Source: Macrostomum lignano
Lineage: Eukaryota
Direction: 5' to 3'
Assembly: GCA_002269645.1 (NCBI GenBank)
Contig: NIVC01001183.1
Location: forward strand, 186,001 to 250,000
DNA: 64,000 nucleotides
Shown here: positions 1-12,150 of the stretch, piece after piece
How positions within the stretch are numbered: position 1 is the first letter of the stretch
Layout of the letters: each line of letters starts with the position of its first letter
Position numbers and translations under genes: made by a program
Notes under the pieces: generated by a model
What the model was told of the DNA's origin: nothing
What the model saw: only the letters and a program-made list of their open reading frames with translations
Database searches by the model: none

Positions 1-340
1 GGACACAGACAAGATGGACACAGACAGGATGGACACAGACAAGATGGACACATACAAGATAGACACAGACAGGATGGACACAGACAAGATGGACACAGAC
101 AGGATGGACACAGACAAGATGGACACAGACAGGATGGACACAGACAAGATAGACACAGACAGGATGGACACAGACAAGATGGACACAGACAGGATGGACA
201 CAGACAAGATAGACACAGACAGGATGGACACAGACAAGATGGACACAGACAGGATGGACACAGACAAGATGGACACAGACAGGATGGACACAGACAAGAT
301 AGACACAGACAGGATGGAGACAGACACGATGGACATGGAC
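1..340. repeat. 15-bp minisatellite GGACACAGACA(A/G)GAT in DDX24 intron
   Basis: Direct tandem copies that abut the donor at 346. Confidence 0.95.
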
Positions 341-346
341 ACTTAC

Positions 347-745
347 AGTCTCGGCAGCGCCAAGGACGTCCCGCCGGTCGCGCAGCGCGGCAGGAATGGC
401 CTCCCGTTGAATAGCGGTGGGCTCCGCAAAGCCCAAATCGCGCAGTGCCGCAACAATCTGTTGGCAGACGCCCAAAGACTCCCACATGGACATGTCCAGA
501 CTGGAATTGGCGCTCTGTTCCGGTTTGGTTTCTTCAGCTGCTGGCTTTTGAATTTCCTGACTCGCAAGATTTCTGCTTTTAGAAGCGGCAGCTGCTTTCT
601 TTGCCTTCTTGCGCTTTAATTTTAATTTTCTTCGATTTTTATTCTTCTTTGCCTTCTCAATCCCGCCCGGCCGCTGAGGACCTCGAGGCGCAGGTGCTGC
701 GGCACCCTCAATCTCTTTGACCGGCTTTGATGCCTTCTGCTTCAT
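347..745 (-). CDS. DDX24: DEAD-box RNA helicase DDX24/Mak5, first coding exon seen (gene continues off the left edge)
   Basis: The minus strand from ATG 745 reads MKQKASK...MSMWESLGVCQQIVAALRDLGFAEPTAIQREAIPAALRDRRDVLGAAET, then a GTAAGT donor at 346 (phase 0). This is a Q-motif plus the start of motif I. The RDVLGAAET context matches DDX24. The true start could lie further upstream. Confidence 0.85.
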
Positions 746-839
746 TAAAGTTGATTCGGCAGTTATGCATGCAATTAAATTGCTCTTGAAAATTAAATAG
801 ACGATAAATGAACCTGACTGCTATTAGTAGCTTAGTATT

Positions 840-1345
840 GGCAACCCACTAACAGATCATGAAGGAGGTAGCGGCAACCCACTAAAGGATCAGGGAGGGG
901 GTAGCGGCAAACCACAAAAGGATCAGGGAGGGGGTAGCGGCAAATCACAAAAGGATCAGGGAGAAGGTAGCGGCAAACCACAAAAGGATCAGGGAGAAGG
1001 TAGCGGCAAACCACAAAAGGATCAGGGAGAAGGTAGCGGCAAACCACAAAAGGATCAGGGAGAAGGTAGCGGCAAACCACAAAAGGATCAGGGAGAAGGT
1101 AGCGGCAAACCACAAAAGGATCAGGGAGAAGGTAGCGGCAACCCACTAAAGGATCAGGGAGGGGGTAGCGGCAACCCACTAAAGGATCAGGGAGGGGGTA
1201 GCGGCAACCCACTAAAGGATCAGGGAGGGGGTAGCGGCAACCCACTAAAGGATCAGGGAGGGGGTAGCGGCAACCCACTAAAGGATCAGGGAGGGGGTAG
1301 CGGCAACCCACTAAAGGATCAGGGAGGGGTAGCGGCAACCCACTA
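840..1345. repeat. 33-bp minisatellite (GGTAGCGGCAACCCACTAAAGGATCAGGGAGGG)
   Basis: About 15 tandem copies in two subtype blocks. Confidence 0.95.
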
Positions 1346-1706
1346 AATGACTTAATGAATCAACGTACTAAATATATCTATTAAAAAGCATGACTTGCTT
1401 ACAAAAGATCGTTTCAAAGAGAAGCTCTCAACTCCAAATATGATTGTGTATTTATGAAAGAGCAAAAAATGAAATGAAATGTATGCTACCATTGCTGCAA
1501 ACACACTACCGGTTTAATTAATAAAAACCGACTACAACTGAATATTAATTAACAATACAAAATATTCAAACCGAATGCAACTATCAGTGTCTAAGTGTCA
1601 ATAGATGGATTACAACTATTTAATGAGTTTTCCAAGATAAATTAGGCGAGATGCGAGTCTCAGAGTCAGCTTATCAAACTAATTTGTAGCAAAATAATGC
1701 TTACTT

Positions 1707-2849
1707 CAGGGGTAGGCTTGCTTTGCAATTAACAACAAAACCTGAAGTGCCGCCTCAAATGTATTTTCAAAGCATTGTACACTTGTGTTACTTGGTCCGC
1801 CCTCCTTGGTGTCAGGCCTCCTGCACTTTATTACTTTTTTCTTCCGCTGTCTCATCTCCTCTCTCTCTTCCTTCTCCCCCTGTTTATCCCCCTCTCTCTC
1901 CTATGCCTTCTCCCCCTGTTTCATCCCCTCTCTCTCATCTTCCTTTCCCCCTGTCTCATCCCCTCTCCTCTTTCTTCTCCCTGTGTCTCATCCCCTCTCT
2001 CCTCTTTCTTCTCCCTGTGTCTCATCCCCTCTCTCTCCTCTTTCTTCTCCCTGTGTCTCATCCCCTCTCTCCTCTTTCTTCTCCCTGTGTCTCATCCCCT
2101 CTCTCTCCTCTTTCTTCTCCCTGTGTCTCATCCCCTCTCTCTCCTCTTTCTTCTCCCTGTGTCTCATCCCCTCTCTCCTCTTTCTTCTCCCTGTGTCTCA
2201 TCCCCTCTCTCTCCTCTTTCTTCTCCGTGTCTCATCCCCTCTCTCTCCCTCTTTCTTCTCCCTGTGTCTCATCCCCTCTCTCTCCTCTTTCTTCTCCCTG
2301 TGTCTCATCCCCTCTCTCTCCTCTTTCTTCTCCCTGTGTCTCATCCCCTCTCTCCTCTTTCTTCTCCCTGTGTCTCATCTCCTCTCTCTCCTCTTTCTTC
2401 TCCCTGTGTCTCATCCCCTCTCTCTCCTCTTTCTTCTCCCTGTGTCTCATCCCCTCTCTCCTCTTTCTTCTCCCTGTGTCTCATCCCCTCTCTCTCCTCT
2501 TTCTTCTCCGTGTCTCATCCCCTCTCTCTCCTCTTTCTTCGCCCTGTGTCTCATCCCCTCTCTCTCCTCTTTCTTCTCCCTGTGTCTCATCCCCTCTCTC
2601 TCCTCTTCCTTCTCCCCTGTCTTATCTCTTCTCTCTTCTCTTCTTCCTCCTGTCTCATCTCCTCTCTCTCCTTCTGTCTTATCGTTTCTTCTCACCTACT
2701 CTCCTCACTGTTTATCTCTATCTCCCTCACCTCCCTCCCTCTGCAGTACCAAATGCACTGAAGAGAAGTCAAAGCTTTTGGTCAATAAGGCTTTTAAAAT
2801 ACAAGATTTTGTATCTGGCCCTTACATTATAAAAGGCCGCCGACCCCTG
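1707..2849. mobile_element. hAT-type MITE expanded by an internal CT-rich minisatellite
   Basis: Ends are CAGGGGTAGGC (1707) and GCCGACCCCTG (2849), the same TIR as the other hAT MITEs. No TSD retained. Confidence 0.5.
1845..2700. repeat. CT-rich 34-36-bp minisatellite
   Basis: Unit CCCTGTGTCTCATCCCCTCTCTCTCCTCTTTCTTCT. Confidence 0.95.
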
Positions 2850-2929
2850 ACATAATTGGTGAACCACAATTCCAAAAGCTTGCATAAACAATTCTGCTAC
2901 AAACAAGAAACAGGCTGGCCTAAAATGTC

Positions 2930-3202
2930 TTAGAACTGCTTGAGTCCTTGCTCAATCACCAAGCGCTGAGTTGAGAACATCTGATTAATAGCCGTCTGAC
3001 GTCGGAGCAACTCTAAGCCTCGCCGAGCTTCATCAAGGAGGCTGCGCACCTGAGCCGGATCTGACACCTCTTTGTTACGGCGAAATTCGTGCCGAACTTT
3101 TTCGCGAGCGTAGACTCGAAAATTGTACAGATTGAACTTCTGACCGCAGCGGAGAAGCTGCTTGTAGAGGGACAGAACCTCGGATCTGGGGACTGCTGGC
3201 AT
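2930..3202 (-). CDS. LYRM4: LYR-motif protein 4 (ISD11), Fe-S cluster assembly factor
   Basis: 90 aa with VLSLYKQLLR..KFNLYNFRVYAREKVRHEFRRN...LELLRRQTAINQMF..RLVIE, the typical ISD11 signature. Confidence 0.93.
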   Translation of the reverse strand: MPAVPRSEVLSLYKQLLRCGQKFNLYNFRVYAREKVRHEFRRNKEVSDPAQVRSLLDEARRGLELLRRQTAINQMFSTQRLVIEQGLKQF

Positions 3203-3339
3203 GCTCTGGAATAGCGATAGGGTGACGGGTAATGACTGAGGAATTCGCTATGCGGTAATCTTATCACCTCAAGGACCAGATAGAGAATCCAGCTCATGGC
3301 TGCGGCCCAGATGAGAGGAAAGGAGAGAATAGAAGAGTC

Positions 3340-3598
3340 TTGATAAACCAACTGATTAAACACACAGTCCTGATAAACTAACAAATCACATAGTCCTGAT
3401 AAACCAACTGATTAAACACACAGTCCTGATAAACCAACTGATTAAACACACAGTCCTGATAAACCAACTGATTAAACACACAGTCCTGATAAACCAACTG
3501 ATTAAACACACAGTCCTGATAAACCAACTGATTAAACACACAGTCCTGATAAACCAACTGATTAAACACACAGTCCTGATAAACCAACTGTTCAAACA
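3340..3598. repeat. 30-bp minisatellite
   Basis: Unit CAGTCCTGATAAACCAACTGATTAAACACA. Confidence 0.95.
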
Positions 3599-4029
3599 CG
3601 AAATAAATTTAGTAGGCAATGAAAAGGAAAGACAACTAATAAATTATAACTGACACAAGCATCATAGTGTATTAAAATATAAATCACGCATAACGGTAAA
3701 ATATAAATGCCCTCTCTATATATCCCTAAACAGTGAAAGCTTTCGAGCTGACACATGCATGACACAAAATATGTAATAGCTTAACACGCCAGCACACACA
3801 AATGAAAACATGCAGGTAAGATTAATGAGACAATCTGAATGTATATTTCAGAATTAAACAGTGTCACTAATTTGCTATACAACTCAAGTCTTCAGAGATA
3901 ATTTTCTAAAAACATGAAAAATTTTACGAGCATTAAACCTTGTTCACACTGTACTAATTTGGTTGCCAAGTAGTGTTTTTCATTCGGTTTCTATGCAGCT
4001 GTTACGCAGTTGCTGTGTGACGCTAATGC

Positions 4030-4220
4030 GCTAAAACACAACGACTCTTGGTAGATTTTTTTTATAGACTCTTGTGATTCTACAACTCAACGTGATGCGC
4101 CTCTCCGTCAGTCGTTTTGAGTCGTTTAACAGTCACAAGAGTCGGCCCCAGAGTCGCCAGAGTCACAAGTGACGTGTTGGCAATGACTCTTTAGCGATTC
4201 TTGTCACGTTAAAGTTTTCA
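4030..4220. repeat. Dispersed GACTC/GAGTC-rich element with internal inverted repeats
   Basis: Shares blocks in inverted orientation with 45630-45750 (AAAACTTTA.CGTGACAA.AATCGCT.AAGAGTCA and CAAGAGTCGTTGTGT). Confidence 0.55.
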
Positions 4221-4230
4221 ATGAGAAGCT

Positions 4231-4610
4231 GTTACTATGCTATTCACCCGTGGTTGCTATGCGGTTGCTATACCTTTTTTCATGTGGTGACTATGCTATT
4301 CACCCGTGGTTGCTATGCGGTTGCTATACCTTTTTTCATGTGGTTACTATGCTATTCACCCGTGGTTGCTATGCGGTTGCTATACCTTTTTTCATGTGGT
4401 TACTATGCTATTCACCCGTGGTTGCTATGCGGTTGCTATACCTTTTTTCATGTGGTTACTATGCTATTCACCCGTGGTTGCTATGCGGTTGCTATACCAT
4501 CTTTTCATGTGGTTACTATGCTATTCACCCGTGGTTGCTATGCGGTTGCTATACCATTTTTCATGTGGTTACTATGCTATTCACCCGTGGCTGCTATGCG
4601 GTTGCTATCT
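4231..4610. repeat. 56-bp minisatellite just 3' of the GTF2E1 stop
   Basis: Unit GTTACTATGCTATTCACCCGTGGTTGCTATGCGGTTGCTATACCTTTTTTCATGTG. Confidence 0.95.
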
Positions 4611-4706
4611 GGAATTTATACGGTTGCTAAGCGGTTTCAATGCAGTTGCTATGAAAGTATTAACTAGTTACATGTACTTCCTATAAAGATGAAGCCAGTC
4701 AGCTTC

Positions 4707-7700
4707 CTAGTCGTCAAACATAGAGTAGTATTTCTGTCCAACAGCGGCGTAATTTGCCTTCTCCTCCGGGTTCATCTGCTGCACCATCTGCTCGGTCACC
4801 TCGTCGTATGGTATCCTCTTGCCTTGGAAGGTCACCGATAGATCGTCATCGTCGCTATCGTCATCTCCGTCGTCATCGTCATCCTCGTCGTCGTCTTCGG
4901 AATCGTCGGAGACGTCGGCGCGGAATCGTTTAGCCGCCGAGGGACCAGCGCTGGCGGCAGCGCCGGCATCAACTATAGCGACATCCGAATCCGACGTGGA
5001 CGGCGAGGTCGACGAATTCGCCCGATTATCGTCGTCGTCTTCGTCGTCCTCATCGTCGCTTGATTTGGCCGGTTTCTTCTTTTTCTTTGACTTTGCTGAA
5101 GCCGCAGCCTGTTGCTGCTGTTGTTGCTGCTTTTGCTGCTGTTCTTGAAGCTTCTTTTGGCGCACCTCGTTCTGTATGAGCAGGTCTTGAATCTCCACTT
5201 TGCGCGCCGAGTCCAGCCCAGAGCCGCCAGCCGACGCCGTGCCGCCACCACCGCCGCCGCCGTCCAATGAGAACCGACTATTTGAATCCTCGTCTAAAGC
5301 GATGGTGCTACCCAGCATCCACTGCGGAACCTCTTTGACGCCGGTTTTGCCGGCGGACTCGTCTCCGCCAGTGGACATGTCCACGGTGATCGTAGCAGAT
5401 GAGCCGCCGCCGCCGCCAAGCAGCGAAGCGGAAGACGAGGAGCCGGCAAGATCTGGTCGGTCGCCCGCGGCGCCGGGAGGGCCGCCTCCGCTGGCCAATT
5501 CTGTCAGGGGCGGCTCCAGCAGGCTGGGCCCAAATCGGAAACGCTCGATCTCTTTTAATAAGGCGTCTAATGGGTCGCGCACCTGTGAATTAGCCAGGTT
5601 TTGAAATAGGGGCGCAAGTTATTGATAGCGCGTACATTTGGACAGGCTAGGATGGATCAATGGGGTGTACATTGGGACAGGCTGGGGTGGATCAATGGGG
5701 TGTACATTTGGACAGGCTAGGATGGATCAATGGGGTGTACATTGGGACAGGCTGGGGTGGATCAATGGGGTGTACATTTGGACAGGCTAGGATGGATCAA
5801 TGGGGTGTACATTGGGACAGGCTGGGGTGGATCAATGGGGTGTACATTTGGACAGGCTAGGATGGATCAATGGGGTGTACATTGGGACAGGCTAGGGTGG
5901 ATCAATGGGGTGTACATTGGGACAGGCTAGGGTGGATCAATGGGGTGTACATTGGGACAGGCTAGGGTGGATCAATGGGGTGTACATTGGAGCAGGCTAG
6001 GGTGGATCAATGGGGTGTACATTTGGGCAGGCTGGGGTGGATCAATGGGGTGTACATTGGAGCAGGCTAGGGTGGATCAATGGGGTGTACATTTGGGCAG
6101 GCTGGGGTGGATCAATGGGGTGTACATTGGGACAGGCTGGGGTGGATCAATGGGGTGTACATTTGGGCAGGCTGGGGTGGATCAATGGGGTGTATATTGG
6201 GACAGGCTGGGGTGGATCAATGGGGTGTACATTGGGACAGGCTGGGGTGGATCAATGGGGTGTACATTGGGACAGGCTGGGGTGGATCAATGGGGTGTAC
6301 ATTGGGACAGGCTGGGGTGGATCAATGGGGTGTACATTGGGACAGGCTGGGGTGGATCAATGGGGTGTACATTGGGACAGGCTGGGGTGGATCAATGGGG
6401 TGTACATTGGGACAGGCTGGGGTGGATCAATGGGGTGTACATTGGGACAGGCTGGGGTGGATCAATGGGGTGTACATTGGGACAGGCTGGGGTGGATCAA
6501 TGGGGTGTACATTGGGGCAGGCTAGGTGGATCGATAGTGTCAATTGGGCCAGGCTGGGGGTAGATCGATATAGTGTACATTGAAGCAGTCTGGAGGTGGA
6601 TCGATAGATTGAACATTGGAGCAGGTTTGACCTAATTGAAAAATTGAAATCGAGTTCAGCTGGCATCAGATAAACTTTAAAATCAAATATAATACCAACA
6701 TCTCTCCCTACTCTTTGCTCTTACACTGCTGAGCGCTTCTGATCCAACAGAAGTTGCAGAAGTCTGCAGACTCCATTTTTACAGATTACCTTACCTTTGA
6801 TACGCTCGTACTTCAAATGCAATATGAATCACAAAAGCAAAATCTATTTAAAAAAAAAAACAATAAAATTTTGTTCGCACCTGTTCGTGAAACCGAGCCA
6901 TATTAAGGCGCAAGTCTTGCCTAGTTGCCATATTCTCTTCTTCGACCACTTCGGCGTTACAGAAGGAGCACTTCAATTCGCCTGTGCTAAAGTCCATTAG
7001 TTCGTTCACCTGTGTAGAAAGATGAGTTTGTTCAAATTATAAGTCACTGAAATAAAAGATAACAAAAACAGTTTCAATTCTCACCTCCAAATCTGTGAAC
7101 GTCTTTGCGCAGGCGGTACAGTGAAAAGCCGCTCTGGCCGTGAATTCCCTCTGTTCGCGTTCCAGCCTGTGCTGCATTGTGTCCAGTTTGTACTTGACAA
7201 CATTAACAAAGACTTCGTAGTTAATGTAGAAATAATCGTATTTGCTAACGCGACCGTCTGCGCTAGTCTCCATTCGCTTCTTGCTGCGAATCAGCTGGTC
7301 CTTCAATTCGGGAATTTTGATATCGATTTAAAACGGGTTCGATTGAAGGACTGGATAAAGACCACTGGATGGACAAAGACCGAGTGAAAAACCCAGTAAA
7401 ATGGAAAATAAAGAAGCAAAAAACACCGACTGAAGGTGTGGACAAAGACCAACGGAATGATACAGAAAAGGACAAACTGAAAAATCGGACAAAGACCGAC
7501 TGAAACAGTAGACAAAGACCGACTGAAACAGTGGACAAAGACCGACTGAAACAGTGGACAAAGACCGACTGAAACAGTGGACAAAGACCGACTGAAACAG
7601 TAGACAAAGACCGACTGAAACAGTGGACAAAGACCGACTGAAACAGTGGACAAAGACCGACTGAAACAGTGGACAAAGACCGACTGAAACAGTGGACAAA

Positions 7701-8093
7701 GACCGACTGAAACAGTGGACAAAGACCGACTGAAACAGTGGACAAAGACCGACTGAAACAGTGGACTAAGACCGACTGAAACAGTAGACAAAGACCGACT
7801 GAAACAGTGGACAAAGACTGACTGAAAGACGCAGAAAAACCATTTAAATGATAAAAGCACACCTGTTTAAGAGCTACAAGCAACTGCCTAAGCTGTTTCA
7901 TATCCAATCGAAACAATTGCGCCATATCTTCTTCTTTAACAATAGTCCGCTTGCACAGATAGTCAACAATAACAGCCTGTTCGCCAGTATAGAACGCCCT
8001 GGCCACCATTCTAACTAAACGGGTTAGAGGCACTGGCGGACTGTCTACCAGCTGCCTGCCAGACTGCATGGCTTGGTCCGATGCTGACTGCAT
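4707..8093 (-). CDS. GTF2E1: General transcription factor IIE subunit alpha, 4 exons, about 483 aa
   Basis: Exons are 7863-8093, 7085-7300, 6881-7009 and 4707-5582, all phase-0 GT-AG junctions. Motifs: KEEDM..L...KQLR (winged helix), YFYINY.VFVNVVKYKL, zinc ribbon C..C..TFTDLE/C..C, and an acidic C-terminus ending QMNPEEKANY.AVGQ. Confidence 0.95.
5632..6600. repeat. 35-bp G-rich minisatellite in GTF2E1 intron 3
   Basis: Unit TGGGGTGTACATTGGGACAGGCTGGGGTGGATCAA. Confidence 0.95.
7490..7825. repeat. 23-bp minisatellite in GTF2E1 intron 1
   Basis: Unit ACAAAGACCGACTGAAACAGTGG. Confidence 0.95.
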
Positions 8094-8277
8094 TTGCTGG
8101 TACTGGCAGTTGATGTCATTAACAGATTGTAAATATATGAAGAGTAGTAATTCTTCTACAAATTATATTCTAAAAAGCCTTGACTATAAAACCTAAGACC
8201 CACTAGAGGTTCCTAATGAGAACTCCTAATAACTCCTAATGAGAACTTTCTTAATAAAATAACTAAGAATCTGTTTG

Positions 8278-9000
8278 AGGCTCATAACGAGACCCTATAA
8301 CTATTCTCATTGAGGCTCATAAGGAGACCCTATAACTATTCTCATTGAGGCTCATAAGGAGACCCTATAACTATTCTCATTGAGGCTCATAAGGAGACCC
8401 TATAACTATTCTCATTGAGGCTCATAAGGAGACCCTATAACTATTCTCATTGAGGCTCATAACGAGCCCCTATAACTATTTTCATTGAGGCTCATAACGA
8501 GACCCTATAACTATTCTCATTGAGGCTCATAACGAGACCCTTCAACTATTCTCATTGAGGCTCATAACGAGACCCTATAACTATTCTCATTGAGGCTCAT
8601 AACGAGACCCTTCAACTATTCTCATTGAGGCTCATAACGAGACCCTATAACTATTCTCATTGAGGCTCATAAGGAGACCCTATAACTATTCTCATTGAGG
8701 CTCATAACGAGCCCCTATAACTATTTTCATTGAGGCTCATAACGAGACCCTATAACTATTCTCATTGAGGCTCATAACGAGACCCTTCAACTATTCTCAT
8801 TGAGGCTCATAACGAGACCCTATAACTATTCTCATTGAGGCTCATAACGAGACCCTATAACTATTCTCATTGAGGCTCATAACGAGACCCTTCAACTATT
8901 CTCATTGAGGCTCATAACGAGACCCTTCAACTATTCTCATTGAGGCTCATAACGAGACCCTTCAACTATTCTCATTGAGGCTCATAACGAGACCCTTCAA
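8278..9000. repeat. 35-bp minisatellite upstream of GTF2E1
   Basis: Unit GAGGCTCATAACGAGACCCTATAACTATTCTCATT. Confidence 0.95.
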
Positions 9001-9724
9001 TTAATCAGTTTTTAAGCTACTGGCAAAGGCCTAGTTAATCGTAGGGGCCAATTAACTGATTATTAAAAATCTACAAACAAAACTGAGAAAACCCCAAGAA
9101 ACTAAGCAAGAAAAAGTATTTTGATGCCAATATTAAAGCAAGAAAATATATATTTGATCTCAAAGGTCATCATCGCGTCGATGTAAGAATTCGATCGATA
9201 TACATTAAATAATAAACCAAGGTATAATTTGATTCTTGAGTAAAACAAGCAAACCATATACATTATTAGCTCGTATATTTCATAAATATAAATGGTTCGC
9301 ATACGTTTGCATGGCGGTTATTTCAAAACTCAAGGACAAAAGAAATTACACACATATAGTGTAGAAAAAAGAAAACACTCGCAATGAGCGATAACGCAGA
9401 AATTAAAAGGTGCAATGCAATAAATATACTTGTGGATCAGGTACAATTCAAGCAGGTGCAGAAATACAGGCCCGTATAAACAATACATGTACCAGGTATA
9501 TATTTAAAACTAAGCAGCAGCATAGATTAGATATAGTACACCACATCTTAGCTGGCATTCTCCCTACTCTACTACAAGTAGCAAAATAATATTTTCGTAG
9601 TTCTCTAAGCAACTATTTTCATTTGTAATAATATATTTTAATGCAACAGGTGAACGGATACAAAAGCTTAGGAGGGAAAAGTAGTAAACAGAATGCAGAC
9701 AAAGCTTGCATATATAGCAGGTTT

Positions 9725-10205
9725 GGTTGATGGATGTACATTGGGAGTGGAGTAAGGTTAGTCGGAGGATGTACATTGGAAGTGAAGTGAGGTTGGACGA
9801 TGGATGCACATTGTAAGTGGAGTAAGGTTGGTCGATGGATGTACATGGGATAGGAGTGAGGTTGGTAGATGGATGTACATAGGGAATGGGGTGAGGTTGG
9901 TGAATGGATGTACATAGGGAATGGGGTGAGGTTGGTGGATGGATGTACATAGGGAATGGGGTGAGGTTGGTGGATGGATGTACATAGGGAGTGGAGCGAG
10001 GTTGGTGGATAAATGTACATAGGGAGTGGGGTGAGGTTGGTGGATGGATGTACATAGGGAATGGGGTGAGGTTGGTGGATGGATGTACATAGGGAGTGGA
10101 GCGAGGTTGGTGGATAAATGTACATAGGGAGTGGGGTGAGGTTGGTGTATGGATGTACATTGGGAGTGGAGTGAGGTTGGTCAACGGATAATACATTGGG
10201 AGCAA
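9725..10205. repeat. 35-bp G-rich minisatellite related to 5632-6600
   Basis: Unit GATGTACATAGGGAATGGGGTGAGGTTGGTGGATG. Confidence 0.9.
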
Positions 10206-11404
10206 GTTCATTTCGATTGGGTAGCAATTGCTTTGTTGATCTGGTCTTAAAGTAAGAGTCATAAAGGTCATAAAGTAAGATTCATAATAATTTCATCAGA
10301 AATTCAAGATCCGTTTAAATACTTCTTTTAATACGGCAAGCATTAAAATTATAAATACTTTACTCATGTTGCCAATATACTATGAAAAAACATTGTTTCT
10401 GAACAAAATCTGCAAAAGCTACTTTAAGTAGTGTTTAAGAACAAAAGAAGGCTGACCGATTATGACAGTAAACTGATAGTAAAAGACGTAACACAAACCA
10501 TAACACGATAAATAAATAGCAGAATATTAGTACGCATATTAATTGGATAGCCTTAAAGGTTAAATTCGCTCAATGATTAGAATGCACGCGATGCGTGGAA
10601 AGACTTACCTTATTCAGGTAGTAGATAATGTGTTTATGATGTGGGCATAACTAGTATATGATAATAGATTCAACATTTTTAAACATGCTTTTAATTATTT
10701 AAAAATTCAAAACGATTCTCATAGTGAAACAAAAAGCACAAAGCAAAGGAAATATGACAGATATTTTACTTTCAGCATTATAATAAGATTTACGCATGCT
10801 AATCTAACTGAGCTCATCTGGCTACTTATATTTAAGTAATATATGCGCATAAATAAACCTTATCATAGAGTGCAGCAGTGCAGTTAAGAAGAAAAATATT
10901 TAAGTAAACACATTCGAAATACAAGTTTAGAAATTCATTCAAGACACTTACTTGAATATCGAGACATGCTTTATAAGCGACTGACCAAAACTATTATCAC
11001 AATTCACAAATAGTAAAACTATTGAAAAATATAGTTGCGTTACTTTATTCGATGTAAAAGTTCACGTTGTTTAATCTAGAATGGAATATTTTAATGAGAA
11101 ACTATAGATTGTGTGGAATATGACAATGATAACCTCGCCTTTAATGGCGTCAGGGCCAGAAAAGCAATGCTATTATTATAGGCATTGTACCATAGACATT
11201 TAATGCCGGAGTTATTCTACCATTGCGACATTCGGTGTGAGGCTGGAATGGGGATTGCGACCATAGACTAATTAATTCTTGAATGAATCAAATTAGGCCA
11301 ATAACTTATACATTCATGTATCGTTTAATTGTAAAGTGTCGCAATCGTCTATGGTAACTGACAGTCTGTCTCTTATTAGGACATCTTTGGAAGAATTCAG
11401 AGTT

Positions 11405-12150
11405 GATTCTGGGGGATGTGAGGGCGATTCTGGGGGGGTGAGGGCGATTCTGGGGGGGTGAGGGCGATTCTGGGGGGGGTAAGGGCGATTCTAGGGGGGG
11501 TGAGGGCGATTCTAGGGGGTGAGGGCGATTCTGGGGGGGTGAGGGCGATTCTGGGGGATGTGAGGGCGATTCTGGGGGATTCGAGGGCGATTCTGGGGGG
11601 GGTGAGGGCGATTCTGGGGGGGGGGTGAGGGCGATTCTGGGGGGGGTGAGGGCGATTCTGGGGGGGGGGTGAGGGCGATTCAGGGGGGTGAGGGAGATTC
11701 TGGGGATGTGAGGGCGATTCTGGGGGATTCGAGGGCGATTCTGGGGTGAGGGCGATTCTGGGGGATTTGAGGGCGATTCTGGGGGATGTGAGGGCGATTC
11801 TGGGGGATTCGAGGGCGATTCTGGGGGATAAGAGGGCGATATTCTGGGGGTGAGGGCGATTCTGGGGAATTCGAGGGCGATTCTGAGGGATTCGAGGGCG
11901 ATTCTGGGGGATAAGAGGGCGATATTCTGGGGGTGAGGGCGATTCTGGGGAATTCGAGGGCGATTCTGAGGGATTCGAGGGCGATTCTGGGAGGGGGGGG
12001 GTGAGGGCGATTCTGGGAAGGGGTGGGGGTGAGGGCGATTCTGGGAAGGGGTGGGGGTGAGGGCGATTCTGGGGAATTCGAGGGCGAATCTGAGGGCTTC
12101 GAGGGCGATTCTGGGAGCTTCGAGGGTAATTCTGGGGGATTCAAGGGCGA
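11405..12150. repeat. About 19-22-bp G-run minisatellite (GAGGGCGATTCTGGGGG...)
   Basis: Constant core GAGGGCGATTCTG followed by variable G runs. Confidence 0.95.

Noticed and set aside
6725-6763. 39-nt in-frame candidate cassette exon (TSATSVGSEALSS) in GTF2E1 intron 3, minus strand
   Set aside because: It has AG/GT borders but would interrupt the conserved FHEQ|VRDPL helix, and there is no homology support.
3340-9000. 30-35-bp direct repeat arrays resembling CRISPR repeat lengths
   Set aside because: The units are contiguous with no unique spacers, there are no cas genes, and the context is eukaryotic.
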